Shown one piece after another: positions 1 through 9,479 of a DNA stretch of 64,000 nt (position 1 is the stretch's first letter; each line of letters opens with the position of its first letter). The translations under genes and the position numbers were made by a program. Origin of the DNA: Candidatus Cloacimonadales bacterium (lineage in GTDB: Bacteria > Cloacimonadota > Cloacimonadia > Cloacimonadales > JAIOQZ01); the NCBI GenBank assembly GCA_963662655.2, contig CAXXTU010000002.1, positions 1,792,001 through 1,856,000 of the forward strand, given 5' to 3'. The notes beneath the pieces are model-generated. The model was not told where the DNA came from. It saw nothing but the letters and a program-made list of their open reading frames with translations, and did not search any database.

Positions 1-63
1 GAGTCAAGGACTTTATTTACATAAGAAGACGCGATACTTGCAGAAAACACTTGTAGTAACCTT

Positions 64-102
64 AAAAAAGAACCGATAACGTCATCGACGCATCGGTTCT
101 TT
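64..102 (-). terminator. Intrinsic terminator after the response regulator
   Basis: Inverted repeat aaagaaccgat (67-77) / atcggttcttt (92-102); A-run at 64-69 gives a U-tract on the minus strand. Confidence 0.7.
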
Positions 103-138
103 CATTGGATGTTGTGGATTATATTGTGGGACGAACCG

Positions 139-825
139 CTATTCGTCCTTCATGATGTAACCTTTTCCGCGCACGGTATAGATCAGTTTCTTGCTGAAAC
201 CGCGATCCATTTTGTTGCGCAGGTGATGAATGTAAACGTTCACCACGTTGGTTACCGGGTCGTAGCTCATGTCCCAAACGTTTTCGACAATCTCGAGCTC
301 GGAAACGACTCTTCCTTTGTTCCGCATCAGGAATTCAAGCAAGGCATATTCCTTGCCGGTAAGCTGAACAACCTTGCCAGCGCGGTTCACGCGTCTGCTG
401 AGGAGGTCAAACTCAAGATCGGCAACCTTGAGGATAATACCCTTGTATTCCTGATCGCGACGAATCAAGGCCCTGATGCGAGCGATTAATTCGCTGAATG
501 AGAACGGCTTGCACAGATAGTCATCCGCGCCGGCGTCGAGTCCCTTGATCTTATCGTCGATGGTATCCTTACCCGTAAGCATGATGACTGGAGTCAAAAT
601 GCCTTGTTTACGCACGTTTTTACAAACTTCAACACCGTCTTTTCCGGGTATCATGATATCCATTATTATAAGATCGAATTTGTTCTTTGAAATCTCTTCG
701 ATTGCTTCATTGCCGTTGGCAATGATTTCGACATCAAACGACTCTTCTTTGAGGCCTTTTTGAATGAAATCGGCAACCTTTTTTTCGTCTTCAACAAGTA
801 GTATTCGCATAGCGCGTACCTCCAT
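139..825 (-). CDS. OmpR/PhoB-family response regulator (CusR/CzcR-like); start may be 810
   Basis: Receiver motifs RILLVEDE, DLIIMDIMIP, GADDYLCKPF; winged-helix C-terminus VNVYIHHLRNK...TVRGKGY. Confidence 0.93.
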   Translation of the reverse strand: MEVRAMRILLVEDEKKVADFIQKGLKEESFDVEIIANGNEAIEEISKNKFDLIIMDIMIPGKDGVEVCKNVRKQGILTPVIMLTGKDTIDDKIKGLDAGADDYLCKPFSFSELIARIRALIRRDQEYKGIILKVADLEFDLLSRRVNRAGKVVQLTGKEYALLEFLMRNKGRVVSELEIVENVWDMSYDPVTNVVNVYIHHLRNKMDRGFSKKLIYTVRGKGYIMKDE

Positions 826-976
826 TTAATCTAAGACCAAAACTCACTCTCGTGAATCCACTTAGCATCTATGTAAAAATATTTATCATAGATATATTAA
901 AGCATTGTGTCGAAATGCCGATAAAAAAATGAAAAATATTTTTTCGTGAATGCAAAATAGATTCAGGGAGGAAGAA

Positions 977-1117
977 ATGAGCATTCGGAATGAAAAACCA
1001 AAGAGCGGAACGAACAGCATCGACTCGATCGAAAAGCTGGCAGTTTTAGTGCACGACAGTATCATTGAACACCGCAGGGACGCGATTGTTGCACAGATCG
1101 TCCAGATTCCCGCATAA
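977..1117 (+). CDS. Putative 46-aa small protein MSIRNEKPKSGTNSIDSIEKLAVLVHDSIIEHRRDAIVAQIVQIPA
   Basis: GGGAGG 5 nt upstream of ATG 977, open to TAA 1115-1117; followed by hairpins and a terminator; below the ORF-track cutoff. Confidence 0.45.
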   Translation: MSIRNEKPKSGTNSIDSIEKLAVLVHDSIIEHRRDAIVAQIVQIPA

Positions 1118-1221
1118 ACTGAATCGGAAAGCCTGCCAATGTTCGGCTGCTCCTGTCTTCAGGAGCCCATAAAAAGTTTGTTCCAGACCTCGCTTCACCA
1201 CGAAGCGACTGTCTCCATTGT

Positions 1222-1258
1222 AAAAGAGCCGCCCCATCTCCGGGAGCGGCCCTTTTTT
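1222..1258. terminator. Probable bidirectional terminator
   Basis: aaaagagccgcccc...gggagcggccctttttt between the small ORF and the convergent ABC operon. Confidence 0.65.
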
Positions 1259-1274
1259 ATTATCTTCTCAATAA

Positions 1275-3086
1275 TTATCCCGTCAGTAGCGCTTTCTCGT
1301 TCTCTTCCAGGAACTGATTCGTGTACAGATTGTAGTAATGTCCCTTCAAACGAATCAGGTCGTGGTGCGATCCCTCCTCGATCACCTCGCCCTTGCTCAG
1401 CACCAGGATGCGGTCCGCGGAACGTATCGTGGAGAGCCGGTGCGCGATCAGGAAACTTGTGCGACCCTTGAGCAGTTTGTCGATCGCGTCCTGGATCAGG
1501 TGCTCGGTTTCCGTATCGATGGACGAAGTCGCTTCGTCGAGAATGAATATCTGCGGATCGGATATGATCGCCCGTGCAAAGGAGAGCATCTGCTTCTCGC
1601 CGGTAGAAAGCATGTTTCCGCCCTCGCCCACAGAAGTATCGAGTCCCTTCTCCATCCGCGCGATCAGCTTGTCCGCATTTACAAGACTCAGCGCTTTGAG
1701 AATTTCCTCGTCGGTAGCGTCAAGCTTGCCGTAGCGGATGTTATCCCGGATGGTTCCGTTGAACAGGTGCGGTGTTTGAAGAACAACACCAATGTTAGAC
1801 TGCAATTTCTCCAGCGGGATATCGTGGCTGTCGGTGCCATCGAAGCTGATGCTTCCCGATTGCGGCTGATAAAACCGGCAGACCAGATTCACGATCGTCG
1901 TCTTGCCGGAACCGGTCTCGCCCACCAGGGCAATCTTCTCTCCGGCGCGAATCTTCAAGCTGAAATCCCTGAGAACAGTCTCCCCTTTCTTATATGCGAA
2001 GCTCACATTCTCAAAGCAAATCTCCTTATCGATGCTGAAGGGCTTGTCGCCCCAGCCTTTCGTCCGGGATTCATCATCCTTGATCTCCACTTCCGTATCC
2101 AAGAGCGAGAACACCCGTTCTGCCGAGGCTTGCGCGTTCTGCATCTCCGCGAATATCCGCGCGATCTGCCACACCGGCTCGAAGAACTGCACGATGTAGG
2201 AGGTAAAGGCCACCAGCGTACCGTACGTCATTACGCCGGCAATAACGCCCGAGCCGCCGAACCACACGACGAGCCCCGATCCCAGCGCGCTGATGAACAG
2301 CACCACGGGAAAGTAGATCGCCGAAAGGATCGCCGCACGCACCGAAGCGCTGTACATCGAGCCGGTGAGACTCTGGAACTCCGAAAGGTTCTCCTTCTCC
2401 CGCACCAGCGTCTTGGTGGTCTTGGCGCCGTTGATTCCCTCGTTGAATGCGCCGGTGATTTTCGAATTGATCTTGCGCACCTTGCGGTAGGAGCCGAGGA
2501 TCACCGTCTGGAACTTCAAGCTAACGATCACCAGCACCGGCACGACCGACAACGCGATCAGCGCCAGCTTCCAGTTGAGAATCAACATCACGACTGATAT
2601 GCCGATCATCAGCGCGATACCCCAAACCATGTCGACGATGCCCCAGGCAATGGTCTCGCCCAGACGTTCGCAGTCGGAGGTCATTCGCGCCATCAGCCAG
2701 CCCACGGGCGTCCGGTCGAAATAGGTGAAGGAAAGCTCTTGCAGCTTGTTGAATCCATCCCGCCGGATGGTGTAGATCATGTTGGTCTCCAGCTTACCGG
2801 CGATCAATATGAACATGCAAATATTGAATCCGAACACAACGACGATCCCGAAATAGATCGCGGCGAATCGCCAGATTCCGTCCAGATTCTTCGGAACGAT
2901 GTAGTGATCGATCACGTACCTCGTGAACAGCGGGAACACGGTGTCCATCAGTGCCGTCAGTAGCATGCAGACGAGCAGAAACCCCAGCATGACCTTGTAT
3001 TTCAGCGCATACTGGAACACGCGAACCCACAGTTTGTAGTCGAATCGCTTTGTATAATCTTGTTCTTCGAATGCTGTATGTGCCAT
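1275..3086 (-). CDS. ABC exporter, fused permease/ATPase (MdlB/BmrD-like subunit)
   Basis: TM domain plus Walker A GETGSGKT, signature LSTGEKQ, Walker B ILDEATS, IAHRLST. Confidence 0.95.
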   Translation of the reverse strand: MAHTAFEEQDYTKRFDYKLWVRVFQYALKYKVMLGFLLVCMLLTALMDTVFPLFTRYVIDHYIVPKNLDGIWRFAAIYFGIVVVFGFNICMFILIAGKLETNMIYTIRRDGFNKLQELSFTYFDRTPVGWLMARMTSDCERLGETIAWGIVDMVWGIALMIGISVVMLILNWKLALIALSVVPVLVIVSLKFQTVILGSYRKVRKINSKITGAFNEGINGAKTTKTLVREKENLSEFQSLTGSMYSASVRAAILSAIYFPVVLFISALGSGLVVWFGGSGVIAGVMTYGTLVAFTSYIVQFFEPVWQIARIFAEMQNAQASAERVFSLLDTEVEIKDDESRTKGWGDKPFSIDKEICFENVSFAYKKGETVLRDFSLKIRAGEKIALVGETGSGKTTIVNLVCRFYQPQSGSISFDGTDSHDIPLEKLQSNIGVVLQTPHLFNGTIRDNIRYGKLDATDEEILKALSLVNADKLIARMEKGLDTSVGEGGNMLSTGEKQMLSFARAIISDPQIFILDEATSSIDTETEHLIQDAIDKLLKGRTSFLIAHRLSTIRSADRILVLSKGEVIEEGSHHDLIRLKGHYYNLYTNQFLEENEKALLTG

Positions 3087-3200
3087 CTTGTTACTCCAAA
3101 TCTATTAAACGTAATTCCACGCAGAAATTTGAATTACCATTTGTTGTGCGTCTTGTCCCTGTTCATGCCGTCGATCGTGTAAGGATAAAAGAGGACATCC

Positions 3201-5072
3201 TTACGCGGGGCGCGGCTCTTTCTTATCTTCCATGCCGGAACGTTCAGATAACATATCAACTTCTTCATCCAGTTCATTTTGAACATCCTTTTCCAGAGCG
3301 TTCTGGATATTCCATATCCTCTGGTACAAACCTTCCTGCCCCACAAGCTCGCGGTGCGTTCCCTGCTGAACGATACGTCCGCCGTCCAGCACCAGGATCA
3401 TATCCGCCTCCACCAGCGTGGTGATGCGGTGGGCAATTATGAAGGTCGTTACCTTGTCTTTCTTGCTTTTCAGGGCGGCCCGAATGCGAGAGTCCGTCTC
3501 AGTGTCAACCGCGCTGAGCGAGTCGTCGAAGATCAAAATCGGCGCGTTCATGATGATCGATCTCGCAATCGCCACCCTCTGCTTCTGTCCGCCGGAGAGG
3601 GTCACGCCCTTTTCTCCGACAACGGTTTCATAGCCATCCTCGAATCGCTCGATCACATCGTGGATCGAAGCGACTTCCGTCGCCTGCGCGACGTGCTCGA
3701 ACGTTGATCCGGGAGTACCCAGCCGGATGTTCTCCTCCAACGTTCTGGAGAACAGGAAGGGCTCCTGCAGGACGATTGCCGTGTTCTGCCGGAGATACTC
3801 GCGATCGATCTCGCGGATGTCGTGACCGTCCAGACGAATGCTACCCGCCGTCACGTCGTACAGCCTTGGAATCAGGTTCACCATGCTGCTTTTTCCGGAT
3901 CCGGTCGGCCCCAGGATTGCCACGGTTTTGCCAGCCTCCACTTTGAAGCTGACATCCCGGAGGATCGGATTCTTGCCATCGTAATCGAAGCAGACGTTCT
4001 CGAACTCGATGTTCCCTCTGATCGGCGCTGGCTTGATGCCGGTGTTCTCCAGCGGCTCTTCCGGCTCGTCCAGTACCTCTTGTATACGGGTTACCGAGAC
4101 AAACGTCTTACCCATATCGGTGAGGATTCTTCCCATCTGCCGAATCGGCCACAGGAGTGAATGGACGTAGCTCACGAAGGCCACCAGCGTTCCGATGGAA
4201 ATCTCCCCCTGCACCGCGCGATACGATCCGATGATCATGATCACCAGCACCTGCAGGAAGCAGAGCGTGTCCGACGAGCCCCAGTAGAAGCCCATCAGCC
4301 GGATGAACCGGTACCACTTGTCGCGATTGTCGCTGTTCTTTCCGTGGAATTTGTCGATCTCGAACGCCTGCCGGTGAAACGCCTTCACAACGCGAATACC
4401 GGAGAGGTTCTCCTGCAGCATTGCCGACATCGCGCCTTCGGCTTCGTCCGCAAGCTTGAAATTCCTCTCTACCTTCATGAAGAAGATCACCGCGAATGTG
4501 AAGATGATCGGGATCACGGACATCGACGCAAGCGTCATACGCCAGTCAAGCGAGATCATGATCGGCAGCACCATGGCCAGCATGAAGAGCGCTCGTCCCA
4601 CTTCAACGAACTGCATCGCCAGGAAGCGTCGGATCGTTTCGACGTCCGACGAACAGCGCTGAATCAGGTCCCCCGTCTCCACCTTGACATGGTAGGAGAA
4701 GGGAAGCCGCTGAATGTGATCATACAATTTATCGCGCAGATTTTTCGCGGTTGATTCCGACGCCTCCGCCAGCCATTTGCCCTTCACAAAGAAGAAGATT
4801 CCCTGCGAGGCGGTGATCAGCACCAGGATGCTCGCCAAGCGCCACAGGTTCGTCTGCAACGTATCTCTTCCTCCCAATGCGCCGAGAAAGCGCTCACCCA
4901 GTGTTCCGCTGGCGACCTGCATGTCGCCGATCACCGAGTCGATGGTAATCCGCATGACCAGCGGTGACAGAAACTGGAAAAATGCCGCAAAAATAATCGC
5001 TACTACCGAAAGCAGATAAAGCGTTCGGTTACCTTTCATGTAACTCCATAAAATCTTTAATTTTTTCTTCAT
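3201..5072 (-). CDS. ABC exporter, fused permease/ATPase (MdlA/BmrC-like subunit)
   Basis: GPTGSGKS, LSGGQKQR, degenerate Walker B IFDDSLSAVD typical of heterodimeric exporters. Confidence 0.95.
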   Translation of the reverse strand: MKKKLKILWSYMKGNRTLYLLSVVAIIFAAFFQFLSPLVMRITIDSVIGDMQVASGTLGERFLGALGGRDTLQTNLWRLASILVLITASQGIFFFVKGKWLAEASESTAKNLRDKLYDHIQRLPFSYHVKVETGDLIQRCSSDVETIRRFLAMQFVEVGRALFMLAMVLPIMISLDWRMTLASMSVIPIIFTFAVIFFMKVERNFKLADEAEGAMSAMLQENLSGIRVVKAFHRQAFEIDKFHGKNSDNRDKWYRFIRLMGFYWGSSDTLCFLQVLVIMIIGSYRAVQGEISIGTLVAFVSYVHSLLWPIRQMGRILTDMGKTFVSVTRIQEVLDEPEEPLENTGIKPAPIRGNIEFENVCFDYDGKNPILRDVSFKVEAGKTVAILGPTGSGKSSMVNLIPRLYDVTAGSIRLDGHDIREIDREYLRQNTAIVLQEPFLFSRTLEENIRLGTPGSTFEHVAQATEVASIHDVIERFEDGYETVVGEKGVTLSGGQKQRVAIARSIIMNAPILIFDDSLSAVDTETDSRIRAALKSKKDKVTTFIIAHRITTLVEADMILVLDGGRIVQQGTHRELVGQEGLYQRIWNIQNALEKDVQNELDEEVDMLSERSGMEDKKEPRPA

Positions 5073-5160
5073 CGTTCTACTCCGAGTCGAAAATAATCGT
5101 TCTCTGTCGAATTCCTGTCCTGTCTGAAGCGTCCGCGCTTATATAAAATGATCTTATCAC

Positions 5161-5240
5161 AACAAAAGCCACCGATCCGTTTGGACCCGTGGCTTGGACA
5201 AAAAGAAAGCCACGGACATTTTTCAGAACGTCCGTGGCTT
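5161..5240 (-). promoter_or_regulatory. Two tandem intrinsic terminators (attenuator) in the 5' leader of the ABC exporter
   Basis: Hairpin A aagccacggac (5207-5217) / gtccgtggctt (5230-5240) and hairpin B aagccac (5166-5172)...gtggctt (5189-5195); each followed by a U-rich tract on the minus strand. Confidence 0.8.
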
Positions 5241-5255
5241 ATATTTATATTAAAA

Positions 5256-5354
5256 CTAATTCATATTCACCAACGGACGCATCTTGCCCCGACGACGATC
5301 AATAACGGATACAAACAATCTTCGAGACGTCATCTTACTGCTAAAGTCGAGCAT
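5256..5354 (-). CDS. Putative leader peptide MLDFSSKMTSRRLFVSVIDRRRGKMRPLVNMN (32 aa)
   Basis: GGAGGT 4 nt before ATG 5354; TAG at 5258-5256; codons 26-29 are complementary to the 5' arm of terminator A. Confidence 0.7.
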   Translation of the reverse strand: MLDFSSKMTSRRLFVSVIDRRRGKMRPLVNMN

Positions 5355-5466
5355 CGATACCTCCATTAATATTTTATTTTATGAGCCAATGATGTTCATC
5401 AATCATTTCGTGTCAAACAGTTTTTCCGCTTTTTCGAAATTTTTTATGAAATCCGGCCCCAATCGG

Positions 5467-6333
5467 CTACAAAATCGAATAGCTGAAACCGAGCGCCAGG
5501 TTCTCGCGATACTGAACATCATGGTCCTGCTGCTTGTCGAAGACCATCTCTACTTCCAGGTTCACGGTCAGGGATTTCCATATCTTGGCGTTGAGCGTGT
5601 TGAGCCACGTCACATCCGTCGATTTCCAGTCGTCGTTCGGGAGGTCGTCCGACTCCGAATTGAAAAGCGCCTGGAAGACGTTCAGCTTGCTCTCGAAGGT
5701 TACCGTCTCGTTCAGGGCTTTCATGTACTCGCCCACGAGCTCGAGACCGCCGTCGGTGACGGTATCGGTCTTCTGGTCGCCATTCTCATCGCGCGAATTG
5801 CGATCGATGTGCTGCCTTGCCGCCGCGCCAAATCTCGTGGAGAGTCGATGCGTCTCCTCATTGTAGAATATGTGAGCGACACCGGCGGACTCAGTGATGA
5901 GAACCGGATTGAAAGTCCGTGTGTTGTCCTCCTGGCTTTCATCGATGAACTGAGATTCCAACCTTACCGCCACGAACGGATCCACCACTTTTTTCAGCGT
6001 GAACCGGAACATCGATTCAAGATCGATAATGTCCGCGCTCTTCTCGGGCTTTGCCCAATACTTGTCGCCGTTCTCGTCAACTCCCTGTTGGTGTGCCTGA
6101 CCGAACGCGAGCTTCAGCGTATTGCGGTTGTGCAAGTAATCCTTAAGCTGTTTCTGCGCGGAGCCGTTGATCTTTGCCGTCCATGAAACGCCGCCCATCT
6201 CCGTACCATTCCAGTTGTTCGAGTAAGCGCTCTGGTTCATGAGGAAGCTGAAATCCGATTTGATTTCCCACTCTTCCGCAAAAAGAACGCTCATAAAAAC
6301 GACCATTATCAAAGCGATTATTGTTTTTTCCAT
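5467..6333 (-). CDS. Outer-membrane beta-barrel protein, DUF3078-like
   Basis: Signal peptide, NQSAYSNNWNG motif, alternating beta-strand pattern, C-terminal LGFSYSIL. Confidence 0.7.
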   Translation of the reverse strand: MEKTIIALIMVVFMSVLFAEEWEIKSDFSFLMNQSAYSNNWNGTEMGGVSWTAKINGSAQKQLKDYLHNRNTLKLAFGQAHQQGVDENGDKYWAKPEKSADIIDLESMFRFTLKKVVDPFVAVRLESQFIDESQEDNTRTFNPVLITESAGVAHIFYNEETHRLSTRFGAAARQHIDRNSRDENGDQKTDTVTDGGLELVGEYMKALNETVTFESKLNVFQALFNSESDDLPNDDWKSTDVTWLNTLNAKIWKSLTVNLEVEMVFDKQQDHDVQYRENLALGFSYSIL

Positions 6334-6564
6334 TTCTCCTCCTTATTCCGATGAAACATTATACAAGCAGGAGTTGATGTCAATATAAACGCCGTGCACG
6401 CATACTCCCATTTTTTCATAAAGCTATGGTTCGTTGCCTGTTTGATGATGTTATCAACCGTTTGTCCTTCGATTATTTTGCACATTATTAACCACCACGA
6501 CACCCAAACTGTCATAGTTATTTTATCTGCACAGAAGTAAATCGGAGTGCATACGAACCGTTGT

Positions 6565-7821
6565 TCATCCTTCTGAAGGAATAATCGTAACGGCCTTCCG
6601 GTGCTTCCTGTACATCCTCCAGTTGATAAGCGCGCCTGTCAGATGGAAACACGAAGCCAGGATAAAAACCGCCCGAATCCCGATCAGCTCCATCACGATA
6701 TAGCCCAGGAACGGGGCGAGTAACCCACGCACGCCAGTCAGGGTAATATGTACGCTCTGGTACATGGAGGCATCCTCGTCACCGGCGAAATAGATTGAAC
6801 TGATGTTCCAGGATACATTCACAGCGCTCATGGCAATACCATAGATCAAGTAGGAGACGAATACCATGACAATCGAAGCGGTAATCGTCGGAGCAATATC
6901 CGCTACGACCAGGCTCAACGGGTACATTGATATCAGGATGAAACCTATACAGGTGAAGAGCATGGGATCGCGGCTATCGTGAATTTTCCCCGCAAGCGGC
7001 GAGAGAAACAACAGGCCCAGTTGCGAAACAACGCCCTTCGCGAGAAATGCGGTGGTGTATGTCATTCCGAGATCGATCACAAGGAAACGGGGGATGACGG
7101 GAACCACCATGATGAATCCCAGACCATAGACAAAGAAGCTGAACTGGAAAAGAGCAAAATCCCGGTTGCGGTTCAGGAGATTCCACGTCCGTACAAGGGG
7201 AGCCATGATGATGGTCTTCACCGCGATTCCCGATGATTTTTCCTGCGTCTCCTGCTGGTTGATCCTGATTCTCGATATTACGGCTGTCCCGATGAAGCCG
7301 AGAACGCCAATCGAAGCCAGGACATGCCGGAAGAAATGTTCGTTCGTATCGAGCAGCCTACCGCCGATAACAGTCGTGATCAAGGCCAATAGCGTCGCGA
7401 TGCTCGATATATAGCCGAAAACGCGGCCTCTGTTTTTCGGACGGAAATTCCTTTGCAGGATTGAATTCTGAATGGGAATATATAGTGCGTTGAAGGAATA
7501 CACCATCGTGAGGATAAACAGCAAGTGGTAGAAATTCGATATCCAAAGCGCCCCAAGCAAGACGAGACGTCCTCCGAAGCCAACCACCCACATGTAACGT
7601 GACTTGTTGTTGGAGCTCTCCAGAAGGCGTCCCCACCAAATGGAAAAGAAATTGGACACCGGCCATACCATTGCCAGAAGCGTGATTTGCCAGTCGGCAG
7701 CATCCAGGGCTTTCTTGGCAATGATATCCTGCATCGCGCCCAACGCCATGAAAAACCCGTTGAGCACTCCGCCCGGTAAAAACCTGCTGAGAGTCTCTTT
7801 TTCGATGCGATCCATCTTCAT
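6565..7821 (-). CDS. MFS transporter
   Basis: About 12 hydrophobic segments, NRGRVFG and AGKIHD loop motifs. Confidence 0.85.
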   Translation of the reverse strand: MKMDRIEKETLSRFLPGGVLNGFFMALGAMQDIIAKKALDAADWQITLLAMVWPVSNFFSIWWGRLLESSNNKSRYMWVVGFGGRLVLLGALWISNFYHLLFILTMVYSFNALYIPIQNSILQRNFRPKNRGRVFGYISSIATLLALITTVIGGRLLDTNEHFFRHVLASIGVLGFIGTAVISRIRINQQETQEKSSGIAVKTIIMAPLVRTWNLLNRNRDFALFQFSFFVYGLGFIMVVPVIPRFLVIDLGMTYTTAFLAKGVVSQLGLLFLSPLAGKIHDSRDPMLFTCIGFILISMYPLSLVVADIAPTITASIVMVFVSYLIYGIAMSAVNVSWNISSIYFAGDEDASMYQSVHITLTGVRGLLAPFLGYIVMELIGIRAVFILASCFHLTGALINWRMYRKHRKAVTIIPSEG

Positions 7822-8005
7822 AAGCTGTTTTCCATATTGAGAAGATATCCAAATCCAAATGCCATGCTCGATATTTTCTCAATCTTGCCAATCGATTTTC
7901 CTTACCGGAATGATAATTATAATTTTTACATAACGATACAGGTTTTTTGCTGAAGCGCAATCATTCCTCGTCGGTATAACCAATGTACCTTGCAAAGGAG
8001 ATAAT

Positions 8006-8812
8006 ATGCATCCAGCGCTACCGAATTTCTTTATCATCGGCGGAATGAACTGCGGCACGACCAGCCTGCTCGAATACCTGAAGCTTCATCCCGAAATATT
8101 TATGTCAACTCCTAAAGAGCCGAGCTTTCCTGGATGGAAAGGGAGTTGCCTGGTACAAAAGCCTGTTTGACGGGTCTTACCCGCTACGTGGCGAATCAAC
8201 GGACAACTACACAAAATTCCCTGGGTACAAGAACGCCCCCGATCGCATCAAGAAAATGGTCCCCGATGCGAAGTTGATCTACCTTGTGAGGAATCCCGTC
8301 GATCGCATCGTTTCGCATTATCGCTGGCAGGTATTTCATGCGGGAGAGCGGAGAAGCTTCAGCGAAGTGATGAAATCCCCCAAGTGGTATGTGATGGTCA
8401 GCAGCTACTATTCGCAACTGGCGCAATACCTCAAACATTTTCGCCTGATCAGATCAAGATCATTCAATTCAACGATCTCGTGAAGAATCGGGTCGAAACC
8501 ATACAGAATGTTTTCCGCTTTCTGGGAGCGGATGATACGTTTGTGCATGAAGGTTTTCACAAGACCCACAACCAATCGAAGGATCGGAAAGTATTGAACT
8601 CTCTTGGACTGGTATTAGCGAGAAACCCGCAATATCAAAGGCTTTTGCGCAACGAGGTGCTGCAGGAACCTCATAAAAATTTATACCAGGCAGTGGAGAA
8701 GCCTTTGGTGACGCCGGCAATTCGGCAACGGCTTCTGGAAAGGCTGTTTCCGGATATCAGCAAGCTCGAAGCTTACACCGGCTGGGACCTCAGAGAGTGG
8801 TACGCCATGTAG
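8006..8812 (+). pseudogene. Sulfotransferase family gene interrupted by two frameshifts (decay or assembly error)
   Basis: AAGGAG then ATG 8006: MHPALPNFFIIGGMNCGTTSL...HPEIFMSTPKEP; continues in the +1 frame (WYKSLF...GEST...KLIYLVRNPVDRIVSHY) after ~8126-8130 and returns after ~8438-8441; the 5'-PSB Lys appears as Asn. Confidence 0.8.
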
Positions 8813-8876
8813 CGTCTTCGTCCAACCCGAAATGCAGGTGTCCAGCTTTCAACCCGGGTTGAACGAATCCGCTACA
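8808..8876. repeat. Inverted pair of GTAG-type REP-like units
   Basis: TGTAGCGTCTTCGTCCAACCCG ... CGGGTTGAACGAATCCGCTACA; internal perfect palindrome ttcaacccgggttgaa. Confidence 0.6.
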
Positions 8877-8899
8877 CCAATCCATTCGAAGGCGAGTTA

Positions 8900-9367
8900 T
8901 CAGTCCTGGAAGAACTTGCGAAGAGGCTCCGGAATTTCTTCCATCAGTTTTGGCCCGGAGCCGATAATGATCTTGCCTTCCGCGTAACGCTTCCGGCTCT
9001 CGGTCGCTTCTTCCTGCGCCCAGCGCTCCACTCCGATTTTCTTCATCCGCATGAGATTGTAGACCTTCTGGTTCTGGGGGTATCGATCTGCCTGCCAAAC
9101 ACACGGATGCAGAATCTTGCACGGGAATTCATCGCATTCGAAGCAGAATTCAATACCTTTGGCATTGATGCATTCCTTGCATTCACACCTTGCATTACCG
9201 ATAACTGCGCACCCATTGATCTTGCAGCCTTCGCAGGCCATGTCTTCCGGCTTGAGTCCCCGCTTTTCAGCGATAAACGAGGCAAGTTCCGGGGTGATGT
9301 TGTCCTTGTAAACCTGGCAGTTGAAGCAATCGATTCCGCAATGCGAAACGAGTTTCTTGTAATCCAT
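8900..9367 (-). CDS. DUF3795-like Cys-rich protein
   Basis: CGIDCFNC...CEGC...C...CKEC...FCFECDEFPC pattern; AGGAGG 4 nt upstream. Confidence 0.85.
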   Translation of the reverse strand: MDYKKLVSHCGIDCFNCQVYKDNITPELASFIAEKRGLKPEDMACEGCKINGCAVIGNARCECKECINAKGIEFCFECDEFPCKILHPCVWQADRYPQNQKVYNLMRMKKIGVERWAQEEATESRKRYAEGKIIIGSGPKLMEEIPEPLRKFFQD

Positions 9368-9443
9368 TTTTCCTCCTGATTTTGGACTTCCAGATGAGGT
9401 TTCACTCGGAAGCCCTGCAATGAATCATCACTTTCTAATATGA

Positions 9444-9472
9444 TTAGAGTCAGGAAGGGGGATCAGGTTACA
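9444..9472 (-). promoter_or_regulatory. Putative ECF-sigma-dependent promoter of the DUF3795 gene
   Basis: TGTAAC-ctgatcccccttcctga(17 nt)-CTCTAA directly after the ECF gene stop. Confidence 0.5.
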
Positions 9473-9479
9473 AAGTTTC

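Noticed and set aside
7906..7924. Fur-box-like sequence between the MFS and sulfotransferase genes
   Set aside because: Only about 13/19 match in an AT-rich spacer, with no iron-related context
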